Both the position numbers and the translations under genes were made by a program. A stretch of DNA of 64,000 nucleotides from a virus: positions 64,001 to 128,000 of the IMG/VR virus record IMGVR_UViG_3300045970_000382, one strand, 5' to 3'. Every line of letters starts with the position of its first letter. The stretch's first letter is position 1. The notes under the pieces were generated by a model that ran no database searches, was not told where the DNA came from, and saw only the letters and a list, made by a program, of their open reading frames with translations. Of the stretch, positions 1-10,458 are shown piece after piece.

Positions 1-2
1 CT

Positions 3-1382
3 TTACCTGCTAATATAACAAATCTTGTTCCAACAGGTTTAGGTACTGATACCAGTTATGCACTCTATTTTAAAAAAGTAGTTGTATCCACTTCGTTAAC
101 AGAATATTATGCCATTCTTATTCCAGATGTGTTTTTAGATAACGAACCATTGCTGGATGCTGAAACGGGTATCCAAGGAACTAAATCTTTGCTTTTTGAA
201 AGTACTCCGTGGTCGTATGGAGTAGGTTATCCTACTTGGAATAAATATTATTTAGATAGCAATGGTGCTGTTCTAACATCTAGTTATGCTAAAAAGATTT
301 TATCTGTTACTACGAATACCAGTACTGGAGCACCTATTATTGGGACTTATCCGGCATTAGTAGCTATTACTGATCCTAAATCCATAAATGGTTATATTGA
401 ATTTGGGTTGTCTTTTGCTTGGGCTAGTGGTGTGCAAGTTACGGGTACTATTTCTGCTGATTTAGATGGTGGAGTGTATCCATTTCAATTAAAAGTTAAT
501 GGTAATTCCTATAAGAAATTTGCAGTGGTAAATGATGCTCCTTTTGTGAGAAATACTTATACTGTCACTAATTTAGCCGCTCCTACTACAGATATACAAA
601 GACCTGACTATAAGTTTAATAATGGTATTACGGGAATTACTGTGCTTGATTCAGGTGGTTGGGCTATTGCATCAGACTATTCAGTAGTCTATGATATGGC
701 TACTAAACGTTGTGCTGTTCTTGAAAATAGATGGCAGGAAGATTTAAATTATATTCAAGCGGTGGGCAGCACCACTTACAATTTTGAAACCATTGTTTCG
801 GAAGATGTTAATTATGCAGGTTGGCGTTATGGTGATTGGTCAGATGTATCTATAAATGGCAATTATAAACTCCATAATTCAGCAAAGAATAAATGGCTCA
901 CTATTTCAGTTATTAATTCCATGTTACCTGTTTCTGGAAATAGATTTCAAATAGTAGATATTCAATCCAGTAATAAAAAGAATGAGTTATTTGATTCTAT
1001 AAAACGAGCAGAAGCACATTTTGGTGATACGGAATATAGATCTTTTTATATTGCTAATACCCATGCAACAGAAGCTATGTGGCAAGTTAAAGTCTATATA
1101 GATTCTCAACCAGTATCAGGAATAGATACACTAGAATTAGGATTAGATCCTGCTGGAATAGGCAATGGATCAACTACGGGGGTGGCTGTCACTATTGTAG
1201 ATGAGAGTACTGCTCCTGTTGGAGTTACTTTTACTACTCCAACTAAGTTAGCTCCTCTAGTAATAGGAGATTTATTACCCTATGAATGTGCTGCGGTTTG
1301 GATTAAACGAACAGTACCGGAAGGAGTGGAATGTGACATTTGGGATAATTTTAGCAGTATTGGAGTATCTGGTCTAATTTAA
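3..1382 (+). CDS. Tail/virion structural protein (5'-truncated by window)
   Basis: Frame is open from position 3 through the ORF called at 129. C-terminal LFDSIKRAEAHFGDTEYRSFYIANTH...AAVWIKRTVP resembles a recurrent phage tail module. Confidence 0.55.
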   Translation, partial: LPANITNLVPTGLGTDTSYALYFKKVVVSTSLTEYYAILIPDVFLDNEPLLDAETGIQGTKSLLFESTPWSYGVGYPTWNKYYLDSNGAVLTSSYAKKILSVTTNTSTGAPIIGTYPALVAITDPKSINGYIEFGLSFAWASGVQVTGTISADLDGGVYPFQLKVNGNSYKKFAVVNDAPFVRNTYTVTNLAAPTTDIQRPDYKFNNGITGITVLDSGGWAIASDYSVVYDMATKRCAVLENRWQEDLNYIQAVGSTTYNFETIVSEDVNYAGWRYGDWSDVSINGNYKLHNSAKNKWLTISVINSMLPVSGNRFQIVDIQSSNKKNELFDSIKRAEAHFGDTEYRSFYIANTHATEAMWQVKVYIDSQPVSGIDTLELGLDPAGIGNGSTTGVAVTIVDESTAPVGVTFTTPTKLAPLVIGDLLPYECAAVWIKRTVPEGVECDIWDNFSSIGVSGLI

Positions 1383-1393
1383 AGGGGATTAAT

Positions 1394-1594
1394 ATGTTAG
1401 ATTATCAACAAAGAGTTATTGATGAAAAAATAGAATTAGATGAAAAACTTGAAAAATTATTGATTTTTATTTCTTCTGATTTTTTTTCTAAAACAATATC
1501 TTTTGAAGAACAAATTAGATTAAGAAAACAGTCTGTAAGTATGACAGCATATTCAGAAATTTTAGCAGAAAGAATAGAAGCATTTAGTCTTTAA
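1394..1594 (+). CDS. Small coiled-coil protein, crAss001_48-like
   Basis: YQQRVIDEKxELDEKLEKL..FI...RLRKQ..SM.AYSEILAERI pattern; RBS AAGGGG upstream. Confidence 0.6.
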   Translation: MLDYQQRVIDEKIELDEKLEKLLIFISSDFFSKTISFEEQIRLRKQSVSMTAYSEILAERIEAFSL

Positions 1595-1600
1595 TATCTT

Positions 1601-3247
1601 ATGCGTATATATTTCGGTTTTGGATGGATTCATACTCCAGATGTAATAGCCAGTTTTACAGGTGGACTTATTCAGAAAAGTTGGCATTTAGATTTAATTT
1701 GTAAAAGGGATTATTTAAATAATTTATATCTAGGTGGTGCTTTTTCTGAAAGTGGTAAAAATGTAGCTATTTATATTTTAAGTACAGGTATAACATTTAG
1801 TTCTAAAACTCTTAAAAATAGAGTTTTTCAACTTTATGGTAACGAAGATATTGATGGTCATGGAACTGCATTGGCTTCTATAGTGGCAGGTGTTCAGTAT
1901 GGTATTGCACGTTCTGCTCATGTTTATGGTCTTACTTTAGATTATGCTAATTTAAGAACTTCTTTAGATGCTGCTATTACTGTAGTTTTAAATCATATTG
2001 CTAATGGAACTAATAAAGCTGTAGTATTATTAGATGCTTTAGAAGTTCCTGAAGAGTCTAATAATTTTAGATTTACCAGTGATTCTGATAATGCTCTTAC
2101 TCTTAGTGTGCAAAGATTATTAGATTTAAACATAACGACAATTGCTTGTGCAAAATCAGGTTACTATAATAAAGGTAATTGGCTAGGAAATTTGAATTTG
2201 GATTTTCTTCCACCAATCAGTACTACAGACGTTATGTCTTTTGTTGGTTTTGATAATAGATTTATTCATTATCTTTATTGCAATTATGGAGCATCAGCTT
2301 TCTTATATGCTCCATGTTGTATGATTGTTGTAGAATCTTTACAAGGTATTTTGTATTATGATTCTCATGCAGATTATGCTTCAGCTATTGGTACAGGTAT
2401 TGCTGCATTATGCCTATCAAAAAATCCACATTGGGGGCATAAACAAGTAAAAGCCTTTCTTAAAAGAATTTGTAGAACTAAAAAAATAAATAACAGTAGG
2501 TCTTATGGTTATGATGCTATTGTTGGTATGGATAGAGATTTTGTGTTAGATAAACAAGGGCATATTATTGTTTATACTTATCCTAATTTTACAATGTTGA
2601 CCAGTGATTCTGTTAATGCTTATTTTATTAAAAATCTGTTAGAATTTAATTCAGATGCAGATCTTGGAGAATTTAATAGTAACCAAACTATCTCTATATC
2701 TTTTGATGTAATTTGTAAGTCTTTTTATGAAGAAAATAAACCTTATCTTTTAAAGATACTTTCTAGTGACTGTGCTTTTTTAAAAATAGATTCAGCTAAT
2801 AAACTCTATGGTTTTGTACCTGTTCATAAAACAGATATTTCATACAGTATTATTTTAGGAATAAGTAATGGTGTTAATGCTCTTTCAAAGACTTTGATTT
2901 TTAAAATAAAGACCACGGTGACTCAAAGTAAGGTAGCGGCTGTTAAAGTTATTGTAAAAGAAAAGAATTGGTTAGATTTTAATTTAGTATATAAAGAACA
3001 TGAGAAATATAATTTAGTTGAGACGCAATTTCATTTAAAGACTTCTATTACTAGACCTGTCAGTAGAGAAGTAGGATTTTATGACCATGTTTCAGGTCAT
3101 TATTCTAATTCAATAAAATCTTCTCCTAATACAGGGGATGCTTTCGTTGATACTAAGTCAGATAGATTGTATGCTATAATAGCAGAAGATAAAAAAGATA
3201 GATTAATATCTGATTCTAAAATAATAAGTAGGATAGATCCGCAATGA
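1601..3247 (+). CDS. Subtilisin-like (S8) domain protein, probably catalytically degenerate
   Basis: DGHGTALASIVAG (His motif) and SNYG-like CNYG..LYAP present. Asp motif reads YILSTGI; Ser motif reads ADYASAIGTGIAAL. Confidence 0.65.
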   Translation: MRIYFGFGWIHTPDVIASFTGGLIQKSWHLDLICKRDYLNNLYLGGAFSESGKNVAIYILSTGITFSSKTLKNRVFQLYGNEDIDGHGTALASIVAGVQYGIARSAHVYGLTLDYANLRTSLDAAITVVLNHIANGTNKAVVLLDALEVPEESNNFRFTSDSDNALTLSVQRLLDLNITTIACAKSGYYNKGNWLGNLNLDFLPPISTTDVMSFVGFDNRFIHYLYCNYGASAFLYAPCCMIVVESLQGILYYDSHADYASAIGTGIAALCLSKNPHWGHKQVKAFLKRICRTKKINNSRSYGYDAIVGMDRDFVLDKQGHIIVYTYPNFTMLTSDSVNAYFIKNLLEFNSDADLGEFNSNQTISISFDVICKSFYEENKPYLLKILSSDCAFLKIDSANKLYGFVPVHKTDISYSIILGISNGVNALSKTLIFKIKTTVTQSKVAAVKVIVKEKNWLDFNLVYKEHEKYNLVETQFHLKTSITRPVSREVGFYDHVSGHYSNSIKSSPNTGDAFVDTKSDRLYAIIAEDKKDRLISDSKIISRIDPQ

Positions 3248-4152
3248 CAGTTTCCACTTTTAGATCAATAGATTATGGAGCACCCGTTCTTAATGGTGAA
3301 TTTGGAGCTTTTTTTAATGTTCTTAATACGTGTTTAGTGACAGGTTATGCTGCTAATGGTGGTGCTGGTTGGACTAATCCTTATTTTGATGCTCAAAATA
3401 ATTATGTTTTACGAACGGGTTTACCTGGGTATGGTTTTTGTCTTAGAATAGCAGATCAATATACAGACCATGCCAATTTTGCAGTTATGGCGGGTTTTTC
3501 TAGTATGACAGGTTTAAATGTAGGTGAAGATTGTACTCCTACTGTTTTACAGTCCCTTTATGGTGTAGGACTTTGTAAAAGCATTACTGCAAATACAGTT
3601 GCTAGAAATTGGCTTATTGTTGCTAACCAACGATTTTTTTATCTGTTTATTTGTGCAGATGGTTCTTCTGATTTTACTACAGCAGAAGGTTATTGTTTTG
3701 GACAGTTTGATTCATTTAGAGTTGATGATGAATTTAATTGTATTCTTATTGGTAGAGATCCAGTAGACTTTTCAATAGGTAATTATTCTTATTTTGCAAA
3801 TTCAGGTGCGACAAATGCTGCAATAGGTAAGCATTGGTTAATGCGGAGTTATACTCAAATAGGTGCTGCTGTACCTTGTGGTAAGCATTATGATATCAGT
3901 AAAACTGCTCTGCCTTTTCCAAATCTAGTAGATGGAAATTTATATTTATCTCCTGTATTTATAACAGAATCTACTTTGAATTGTGTACGTGGTAAATTAC
4001 CAGGATTATGGGCTATTTGTCATAATAAATCTTATTTTAATCACGGTGATGTTTTTACAGGTAATGGAGATCTTGCTGGTAAGACTTTTATGGTAGTAAA
4101 AGTCTATAATGGAGCTTTTGCTTTAGAAACATCTGATACTTGGGATGCTTGA
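3244..4152 (+). CDS. Virion structural/tail-associated protein
   Basis: N-terminal DYGAPVLNG..G....VL.TCLVTGY..GAGWT and C-terminal RGKLPGLW motifs typical of phage tail proteins. Confidence 0.6.
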   Translation: MTVSTFRSIDYGAPVLNGEFGAFFNVLNTCLVTGYAANGGAGWTNPYFDAQNNYVLRTGLPGYGFCLRIADQYTDHANFAVMAGFSSMTGLNVGEDCTPTVLQSLYGVGLCKSITANTVARNWLIVANQRFFYLFICADGSSDFTTAEGYCFGQFDSFRVDDEFNCILIGRDPVDFSIGNYSYFANSGATNAAIGKHWLMRSYTQIGAAVPCGKHYDISKTALPFPNLVDGNLYLSPVFITESTLNCVRGKLPGLWAICHNKSYFNHGDVFTGNGDLAGKTFMVVKVYNGAFALETSDTWDA

Positions 4153-7100
4153 TTGTGGCTACCAAGATTTTAAAGCCTACAAAAGAAGCAACTTTTTTTG
4201 CTGCTCCATTTGGCCCTTATAATCAATTTCTTTTCAATGATAGTGGACTTTATGTAGAAAGTGGAGCTCTTTCACTTCAATATTCTGGCTATGCTAACAT
4301 CAATTCTTATTTTCCAGAACAACTTTATACAAATATAGAAACTTGTCCAATAACTGGATATCTTTTTGTTAATTCTTCTAGAGTGAATTCTTCTGATGGA
4401 TGTCAAGAAGATAAAGTAGTGAGTGTTAGTGGGACTAATACTGCTAAAGGAGTTAAGGGATTTTTAGAATCAATAGCATTTGGTTGTGAGAAAAAAGTAG
4501 ATGAAGTTGAGTGTATGAATCCTAATGGAAATTCTTATACTCTATATAGACATGAAATTGCACCTAAGACTATTATAGATTTTCCTATTTTACCAATAGT
4601 TCCTAGTGCTGGCGGTCAGATGGCAGTAGGACAAGCTTATCTAGAATGGAGAAATAATTGGTTAAAGTCTCAAATGACCCAATCTTATATAAAAGGTTAT
4701 AGTTTTAATAGTTCACCTTTTGCTTTAAAGAGTGAGAAAGCTGATATTTGTGATTGTGATTTAATAGATAGAAAATATAATCTTAAAAGATATGTACATC
4801 CACAAAGTTTCAGTGGTAAAACTAGACTATTTGTTCAGTCTATTTTTGGATCTAAAGAAAAACTGATGGATGTTGAAATAAATGGAATTACTGTTTCAGT
4901 TATGTATCATGGTTTAGCAAAAAATACTGATGATACTAAACGTAAAAGAATTGCATCTTTAGATAAACAGTTTACGAAGTTACATACGGATGATGCGGGA
5001 AATTATTATCTATTACAAGTATCTTCTTCAATATCTATTAATGCGCTTGTACCTTCTAGAGAAGGACGTTTATTACAAAAATGGTTGAAGACTAAGAATT
5101 TTGATAAAAAGAAAAGTTCTGTTTATGAAGCATTTATTTTATCTTCTTGTTCACCAACCAAGACTGTTAATATTGCAGGAAGTTCTTTAGAAGGAGTATG
5201 TTATCAGAGTTTAGGTGGTTATGGGTGGAAGTCTAATTGGCGGGGTAATGAATTTTCAATAGCTACTTTAGATTGGGAAACACCTTGTAAAGCTAAACTC
5301 TTTACAGCTAATGTTACTTTAACAGATCCTGTTGTATTATATTCCGATGAAAAAGATAGAAAATTAGCTTCCATAGTAGAACAATATGAAGCTCCTGAAA
5401 TTTTAAAAAAATTGACAAAAGAAGAAAGAGAAGCTCTTGTTCCTGCCGTAGTTTCACAATATAAATCTATATATTCTTTATTAGTTACAGAAATTCCAGG
5501 TGAAAATCCAGAAGATCCTCCTATTAAAAAATATTGTATAGATGGTGATATACATGAAGGAGAATGGGGATGGGTTATATCTAATGAATTTAATGTGACT
5601 CCTTCTACAAAAAAGAATTTAGAAGATGAATTAAAAACTAAAAATAAACAAGATGGTGGCTTACCTTATTCTCCTACTTTTTTTAAAGATTTAGCTGATG
5701 CTTTTATAGTTTCAGAATCTTTAGCTGATTCTGGTGAATTTAAGTTCCCTTATTATGCAGACCGTATATTTACTTGGGATGAAATGTATGGAGTATTTAA
5801 TTTAGAATTACCTTACGACGTTCGTGACCATATTGGAGGTATGGCTGGATCAGGTCCTGTATATTGTTTTTATAATGATAAAGATCTGTTAAAGATAGTC
5901 TATTATCAAAATGGAGCAGTCACTCCAACTTCAACAAATGATAACGATAATTCTGAGAATCAGTGTGGTGATGCTTTTACAAGAGGATCTACTATAAATG
6001 GAGGAGGTGGAGGTTCTAGTTCTTTTTATATAGGAGGTATTGAAGTATTGAATTTGGCAGCTAGTAGTTATTCTCAATCTGAATCTTCTTCTAAACAATC
6101 TTGTGGTGGTTCTAATTTAGAATGTCTTGAGTATCCACCACACCCAGGGCCTTGTAATATTGTTTATTGTGGAACTTATTTTTGGAAAAATTTTAGAGGC
6201 AGTGTACAAGGAAGTTCTTTTTCATTTTCAGGAGGCCAGTCATCAAAAATATGTTTAGTAATTTCTAAATATGATTGTGAGACTGTTTTTATGGCTAGTG
6301 TTACTTCTTATAGTGGCAGTCATTCTGAATCACAAACAGATGGTAAAAATTGTATTTGTGCCCAATGGGTATCTCCAAGACGTAGTGCTGCTTATTGGCA
6401 ACCTTGTTTTTCACCATTAGAAAACTGTACTGCTCAAGGTGGTGAAGCTCCTTGTTGTGCTAAGGAAAAACAATATGGGCCTAAATTTGATCAGAACTAT
6501 GGGCCAGGTCAAGCCTGTGCTGATATAGGTCCTACTATGGGTGTAAATGGTGCTATTTTTATATTTGATGTTTATGGATTTTGGTTTAATGGCCCTAATT
6601 CTGATGCTGTTAGAGCAGGTGATAATAATCCTGACCCTAATAGAAATAATTTTGATTGGTCTAATTATAGTCATGTAGATCAAAATGCTATAGGTTGGCG
6701 TCCTTCTAAAAAAGGTAATATTCCCAGTAGAGGAGGATATTGCACTTATAGACCTACTACCCCTGATTGTGCGGGTGAAGAATTAAAATTTATTCCACAA
6801 GGAATCCAATTTGCGTATTTAGGAAGTGGGGCTGCATACGATTCTGATTGCAATATTAATTATTCAAGTAAATCTAAAAGTATGACCAGTTCAGTATTAA
6901 AAGTCTATGCTGTTACTAGAACTGATGAAACTCTTGTTTTAGAAGGCACTGAAGGTTATGGTGATCTAGGTAATATGTTTGCAGGTGATATTAGTGCGGG
7001 AAATGCTGTTTTTACTCCAGGTTGTCATGAATGGACTGGAGAACAAAAGTTTTTAGGCCGTATTGATCCAATGTTTCCGTATGTTGAATCAGTTGTAACT

Positions 7101-7208
7101 ATTAATCAAAGTGTAAATGGAGTTTATTGGCTTGTATCACCTGATATGATATACAGTGCAGATTATCCTTTTGATAAGAAAGGACTTTATTATATAGGTT
7201 CAGCATGA
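4140..7208 (+). CDS. Large Cys-rich hypothetical protein (probably virion-associated)
   Basis: 1022-aa ORF in the structural operon; Cys/Gly/Ser-rich C-terminal half; start may be GTG 4155. Confidence 0.6.
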   Translation: MGCLIVATKILKPTKEATFFAAPFGPYNQFLFNDSGLYVESGALSLQYSGYANINSYFPEQLYTNIETCPITGYLFVNSSRVNSSDGCQEDKVVSVSGTNTAKGVKGFLESIAFGCEKKVDEVECMNPNGNSYTLYRHEIAPKTIIDFPILPIVPSAGGQMAVGQAYLEWRNNWLKSQMTQSYIKGYSFNSSPFALKSEKADICDCDLIDRKYNLKRYVHPQSFSGKTRLFVQSIFGSKEKLMDVEINGITVSVMYHGLAKNTDDTKRKRIASLDKQFTKLHTDDAGNYYLLQVSSSISINALVPSREGRLLQKWLKTKNFDKKKSSVYEAFILSSCSPTKTVNIAGSSLEGVCYQSLGGYGWKSNWRGNEFSIATLDWETPCKAKLFTANVTLTDPVVLYSDEKDRKLASIVEQYEAPEILKKLTKEEREALVPAVVSQYKSIYSLLVTEIPGENPEDPPIKKYCIDGDIHEGEWGWVISNEFNVTPSTKKNLEDELKTKNKQDGGLPYSPTFFKDLADAFIVSESLADSGEFKFPYYADRIFTWDEMYGVFNLELPYDVRDHIGGMAGSGPVYCFYNDKDLLKIVYYQNGAVTPTSTNDNDNSENQCGDAFTRGSTINGGGGGSSSFYIGGIEVLNLAASSYSQSESSSKQSCGGSNLECLEYPPHPGPCNIVYCGTYFWKNFRGSVQGSSFSFSGGQSSKICLVISKYDCETVFMASVTSYSGSHSESQTDGKNCICAQWVSPRRSAAYWQPCFSPLENCTAQGGEAPCCAKEKQYGPKFDQNYGPGQACADIGPTMGVNGAIFIFDVYGFWFNGPNSDAVRAGDNNPDPNRNNFDWSNYSHVDQNAIGWRPSKKGNIPSRGGYCTYRPTTPDCAGEELKFIPQGIQFAYLGSGAAYDSDCNINYSSKSKSMTSSVLKVYAVTRTDETLVLEGTEGYGDLGNMFAGDISAGNAVFTPGCHEWTGEQKFLGRIDPMFPYVESVVTINQSVNGVYWLVSPDMIYSADYPFDKKGLYYIGSA

Positions 7209-7969
7209 AATTACGTCTTTCTTCTGATCCACAAGCTAAACAGATTACTGCTGATGTGGATTCTATCCGAAAGATTTTAAAATCCTGTTTAGTGGATGGG
7301 TATGGTTCTTTTGAAGGTTTAGGTTGGACTCAAGTTTTTGTATCTAATACGGCTGCTGTTTTTAAATCTAAAAATGATGTGGTTTTGATCGTAGAAGAAA
7401 CTCTTGATACCGTAAGTTTTAGAGGTTGTAGTAATGCATCTACTATTTCAGATTATACTTTTTCAGAAAAACATCTTTATAAGTTTTTTCCAACGGTGTA
7501 TCAAAGAGAAAATGGACTTACTCTAAATAAAAGTTCTTTAATAACTAATTGGACATTATTAGGAACGGATAGTTATTTTTATTTCTTTTCTGGTAATTTT
7601 TTATTGTTCTTTGGATCTTTTATGGAAACTAGAACTAATGAATCTGAAATGTTAATATGTTCCTCTTCGTTTGGTACGTTTACAAATACAACAGATGACC
7701 ATATTGTTACTAAAAAGAGTAATAATTTATTTAGTCCAGAATTTGTAGGAAAGATAACAATTTTTGATAAATATAGACAGGGTGAGACTTTTTCTTATGT
7801 AAATATTTATGAAGATCTTTTTTTTGCATTGTTAGGTATTTTACCCGAAGTTTTTGTAGTGGATATACAATCACCTTTTAATGATGGATCTTTTTCTACT
7901 ACTTTTGGTAAAAATATTCTAGTTAAGAATTTTAATGGCAGACCTTTCTTTTTTCAAACAGATGGCTGA
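7205..7969 (+). CDS. Tail-associated protein, paralog of 3244..4152
   Basis: ILKSCLVDGYG..GLGWT and W.LLGTD.YFYFF parallel the 3244 protein. Confidence 0.55.
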   Translation: MKLRLSSDPQAKQITADVDSIRKILKSCLVDGYGSFEGLGWTQVFVSNTAAVFKSKNDVVLIVEETLDTVSFRGCSNASTISDYTFSEKHLYKFFPTVYQRENGLTLNKSSLITNWTLLGTDSYFYFFSGNFLLFFGSFMETRTNESEMLICSSSFGTFTNTTDDHIVTKKSNNLFSPEFVGKITIFDKYRQGETFSYVNIYEDLFFALLGILPEVFVVDIQSPFNDGSFSTTFGKNILVKNFNGRPFFFQTDG

Positions 7970-8372
7970 TTTAGGTAATTGCGGATTTACTATTAATTCT
8001 TTTAAAGTTAATATAGTGAGTCCTATTTTTAATTATTTTACCAAGTCTTACGGAGTTAGTAGTACAAATGTCTTAACTCCATTGACGGGTAGTATATCTT
8101 TCTCTACAATGTTACCATTGATAGAAAATATAGAAGTAATAACTAAGTCTATCAAAGGTATAACAAGAAAGGACGAAATTCCAACACCTAAACTAGTTCG
8201 TTTATATGATAGACAATCTGGAATAATGATTCATGAAGTTCTCAGCAACCTTGATGGATCATTTGAATTTAATGGGTTAAGTATTACAAAAGAGTTTTAT
8301 GTAATAGTTTTAGATGATGGTGACAGCATCTATAATGCCTTAATAGAAGATCATTTATTTGCCTTATGTTAA
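7962..8372 (+). CDS. Tail-associated protein with carboxypeptidase-regulatory-like beta-sandwich
   Basis: VRLYDRQSG.MI.EV.S..DGSFEF.GL....FYVIVLD...YNALI.D; second ATG (7962) preferred over 7935. Confidence 0.5.
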   Translation: MADLGNCGFTINSFKVNIVSPIFNYFTKSYGVSSTNVLTPLTGSISFSTMLPLIENIEVITKSIKGITRKDEIPTPKLVRLYDRQSGIMIHEVLSNLDGSFEFNGLSITKEFYVIVLDDGDSIYNALIEDHLFALC

Positions 8373-8384
8373 ACAGGATAAAAC

Positions 8385-8801
8385 ATGATACCTCAAAATG
8401 AAGAAGATGTAGAATACTTAACAAGGGGAGATAGACGTCCCCAAAGGTATAATTCTCAATCAGGTGGTAGTCCTGATGAACATGGTTGTAATAAAGATTA
8501 TCCTTTTGCAGATATTCTACCTAAAGATGAAGCTTATATAGATTTTTTAAAAAATAAAGAAGTGGTAGGAATAGCTGTTAATGATATTGGTATGAAATGT
8601 TCCAGTGTTATGAATTTTGTTCATAATCTTAAAAATTATTATCCTGAAGAACTTTTAAAAAATAATATAGAAGGATTACAAAATTCTGTCACTAGTCTTA
8701 ATTCTGCTTTAACAGAATTACAAGAATATTTACTTGCCAGAGAAAAACTTGCCAGAGAAGTGCTTAAGTCTGGTAGTACTTGGATAAGACGATCTTTGTA
8801 A
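8385..8801 (+). CDS. Hypothetical protein
   Basis: 138-aa ORF with RBS AGGA. Confidence 0.6.
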   Translation: MIPQNEEDVEYLTRGDRRPQRYNSQSGGSPDEHGCNKDYPFADILPKDEAYIDFLKNKEVVGIAVNDIGMKCSSVMNFVHNLKNYYPEELLKNNIEGLQNSVTSLNSALTELQEYLLAREKLAREVLKSGSTWIRRSL

Positions 8802-8810
8802 GGAATTAAT

Positions 8811-9227
8811 GTGGCAGCTTGTATATTTGATCTTATAATTGAACAAGGATCTCTTTATGAAGCATTATTTTCTTGGACTGACGACCAAGATGTACCTATT
8901 AATTTGTCAGGTTGGTCTGCTAGGATGCAAATTAGATCTACTGTAGAATCGAATGTTGTTTTAGTAGATTTGTCTACTGAAAATGAAGGTATTTTACTGA
9001 CTTACAATAACCCAGGAACAATCCTCATTCGTCTCACTACTAGACAGACTAATGCTTTTACTTGGGTAACAGGTGTATATGATTTAGAATTATACAGCCC
9101 TCAATTTGAAAGTTATCGGCTTATAAAAGGAAAAGTTAAAATAGATCCTCAGGTAACTAGAGTTCCGCCCATGATTATAGGTGTATTTAATTTTACAACA
9201 GGACCTGTGATTAGTCTCATATCTTGA
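8811..9227 (+). CDS. Baseplate/tail-fibre-associated protein (BppU/LtfC-like fold)
   Basis: DLIIEQG...PINLSGWSARMQIR...GVYDLEL...RLIKGKV.IDPQVT. Confidence 0.55.
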   Translation: MAACIFDLIIEQGSLYEALFSWTDDQDVPINLSGWSARMQIRSTVESNVVLVDLSTENEGILLTYNNPGTILIRLTTRQTNAFTWVTGVYDLELYSPQFESYRLIKGKVKIDPQVTRVPPMIIGVFNFTTGPVISLIS

Positions 9228-9242
9228 TAAAAGAGGTTCTGA

Positions 9243-9635
9243 ATGGCTGTTATCCCAGGTCAACCTGATAAAGTATTAAAAAATTCTAATAGAATAGTTC
9301 TTATAAAAAGAGAAGTAATTAGAAGAGTTGTAACGACACATGAACAAGGCCCTCCTGGTGTATCTGGACTACCTGGATTAAAGGGTTCTGAAGGTGTACA
9401 AGGGCCACAAGGCCCTTTAGGTTTAACTCCTATTCCCAATCAATTAGTATTTTTCATTACTGAGAATACTAGAAATAGATTTACACTTTCATCTGTTCCT
9501 ATAGTTAATTCTGTTTTAGTAGCCATGAATGGAGTATTCCAGCATGGTTGGACTTTAGATGGATTAGATATAGTATTAAACACTCCAGCGGAAAAAGATG
9601 ATTTCATTTTAGTTTTCTGGTTTGAAAGCGTATAG
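9243..9635 (+). CDS. Short collagen-like fibre protein
   Basis: Gly-X-Y run GPPGVSGLPGLKGSEGVQGPQGPLG; C-terminal VxMNGVFQ domain. Confidence 0.7.
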   Translation: MAVIPGQPDKVLKNSNRIVLIKREVIRRVVTTHEQGPPGVSGLPGLKGSEGVQGPQGPLGLTPIPNQLVFFITENTRNRFTLSSVPIVNSVLVAMNGVFQHGWTLDGLDIVLNTPAEKDDFILVFWFESV

Positions 9636-9672
9636 TAAAGAATTATTTTATTAGATTATCAGGATAAGTACC

Positions 9673-10431
9673 ATGACCGTTTCTACAATTAAAGGCAGTC
9701 AAATTAGACTGGGTGCAATTACCGCTGCACATTTAGCCGCAGATGCGGTGTATATTGCCAATGCATTTAATTATGTGAGTGGTATTGCTGGTGGGGCTAC
9801 AGGTTCAGCAACAGATTTAGCACTACAGAGTGCTGATGGAAAACGTGCTGGATCGTATTATAAAGTCACTACTGCGGGTTACTTTAAGGTATCTGCACCT
9901 GTAGTAGAACCATTAGATCCAGATTTACAAGCCGAGTTTTATGTTAATAATAATGACGGGTTAGTTTGGAATACGGGCGGTACTGTTGATATTATTGATA
10001 ACTCTAATTCCACTTTAACAGGTACAGATCATTTAATTGGCGTATCAGGTTCCACTAACTTAGGTTACACTGTCACTATACATAGTGACTTCACCACTAA
10101 GGTTTCAAATTTAGAATCAGCCGTTGGTACAATAGGTAGTTTAGCGACTACTGCAACAGACTTGGTTGCTGCTATCAATGAAGTCCACGGTGAGTTAGTT
10201 GCCGCTGCTCCAGTATTTGTCCACGAAACACCTGCAGGTGATATTGATGGTGCTAATAAGGCTTATCTTATCACAGATACATCTATTGCTGGAACTGTTC
10301 AAGTTTATTTGAATGGAGTTTTACAAGAATTAACTGCTGACTATGCTTTTGCCACCAAGACCATCACATTCGTAGATGCTCCTGTTGTAGATGATAAAGT
10401 ATCTACCATTTATTACAAATTAGCGGCCTAA
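9673..10431 (+). CDS. Tail fibre-like protein (paralog A)
   Basis: LATTATDLVAAINEV coiled motif; C-terminal VYLNGVLQ..DY domain. Confidence 0.6.
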   Translation: MTVSTIKGSQIRLGAITAAHLAADAVYIANAFNYVSGIAGGATGSATDLALQSADGKRAGSYYKVTTAGYFKVSAPVVEPLDPDLQAEFYVNNNDGLVWNTGGTVDIIDNSNSTLTGTDHLIGVSGSTNLGYTVTIHSDFTTKVSNLESAVGTIGSLATTATDLVAAINEVHGELVAAAPVFVHETPAGDIDGANKAYLITDTSIAGTVQVYLNGVLQELTADYAFATKTITFVDAPVVDDKVSTIYYKLAA

Positions 10432-10458
10432 TATTCGTAGATTTAGGGAGATATTATT

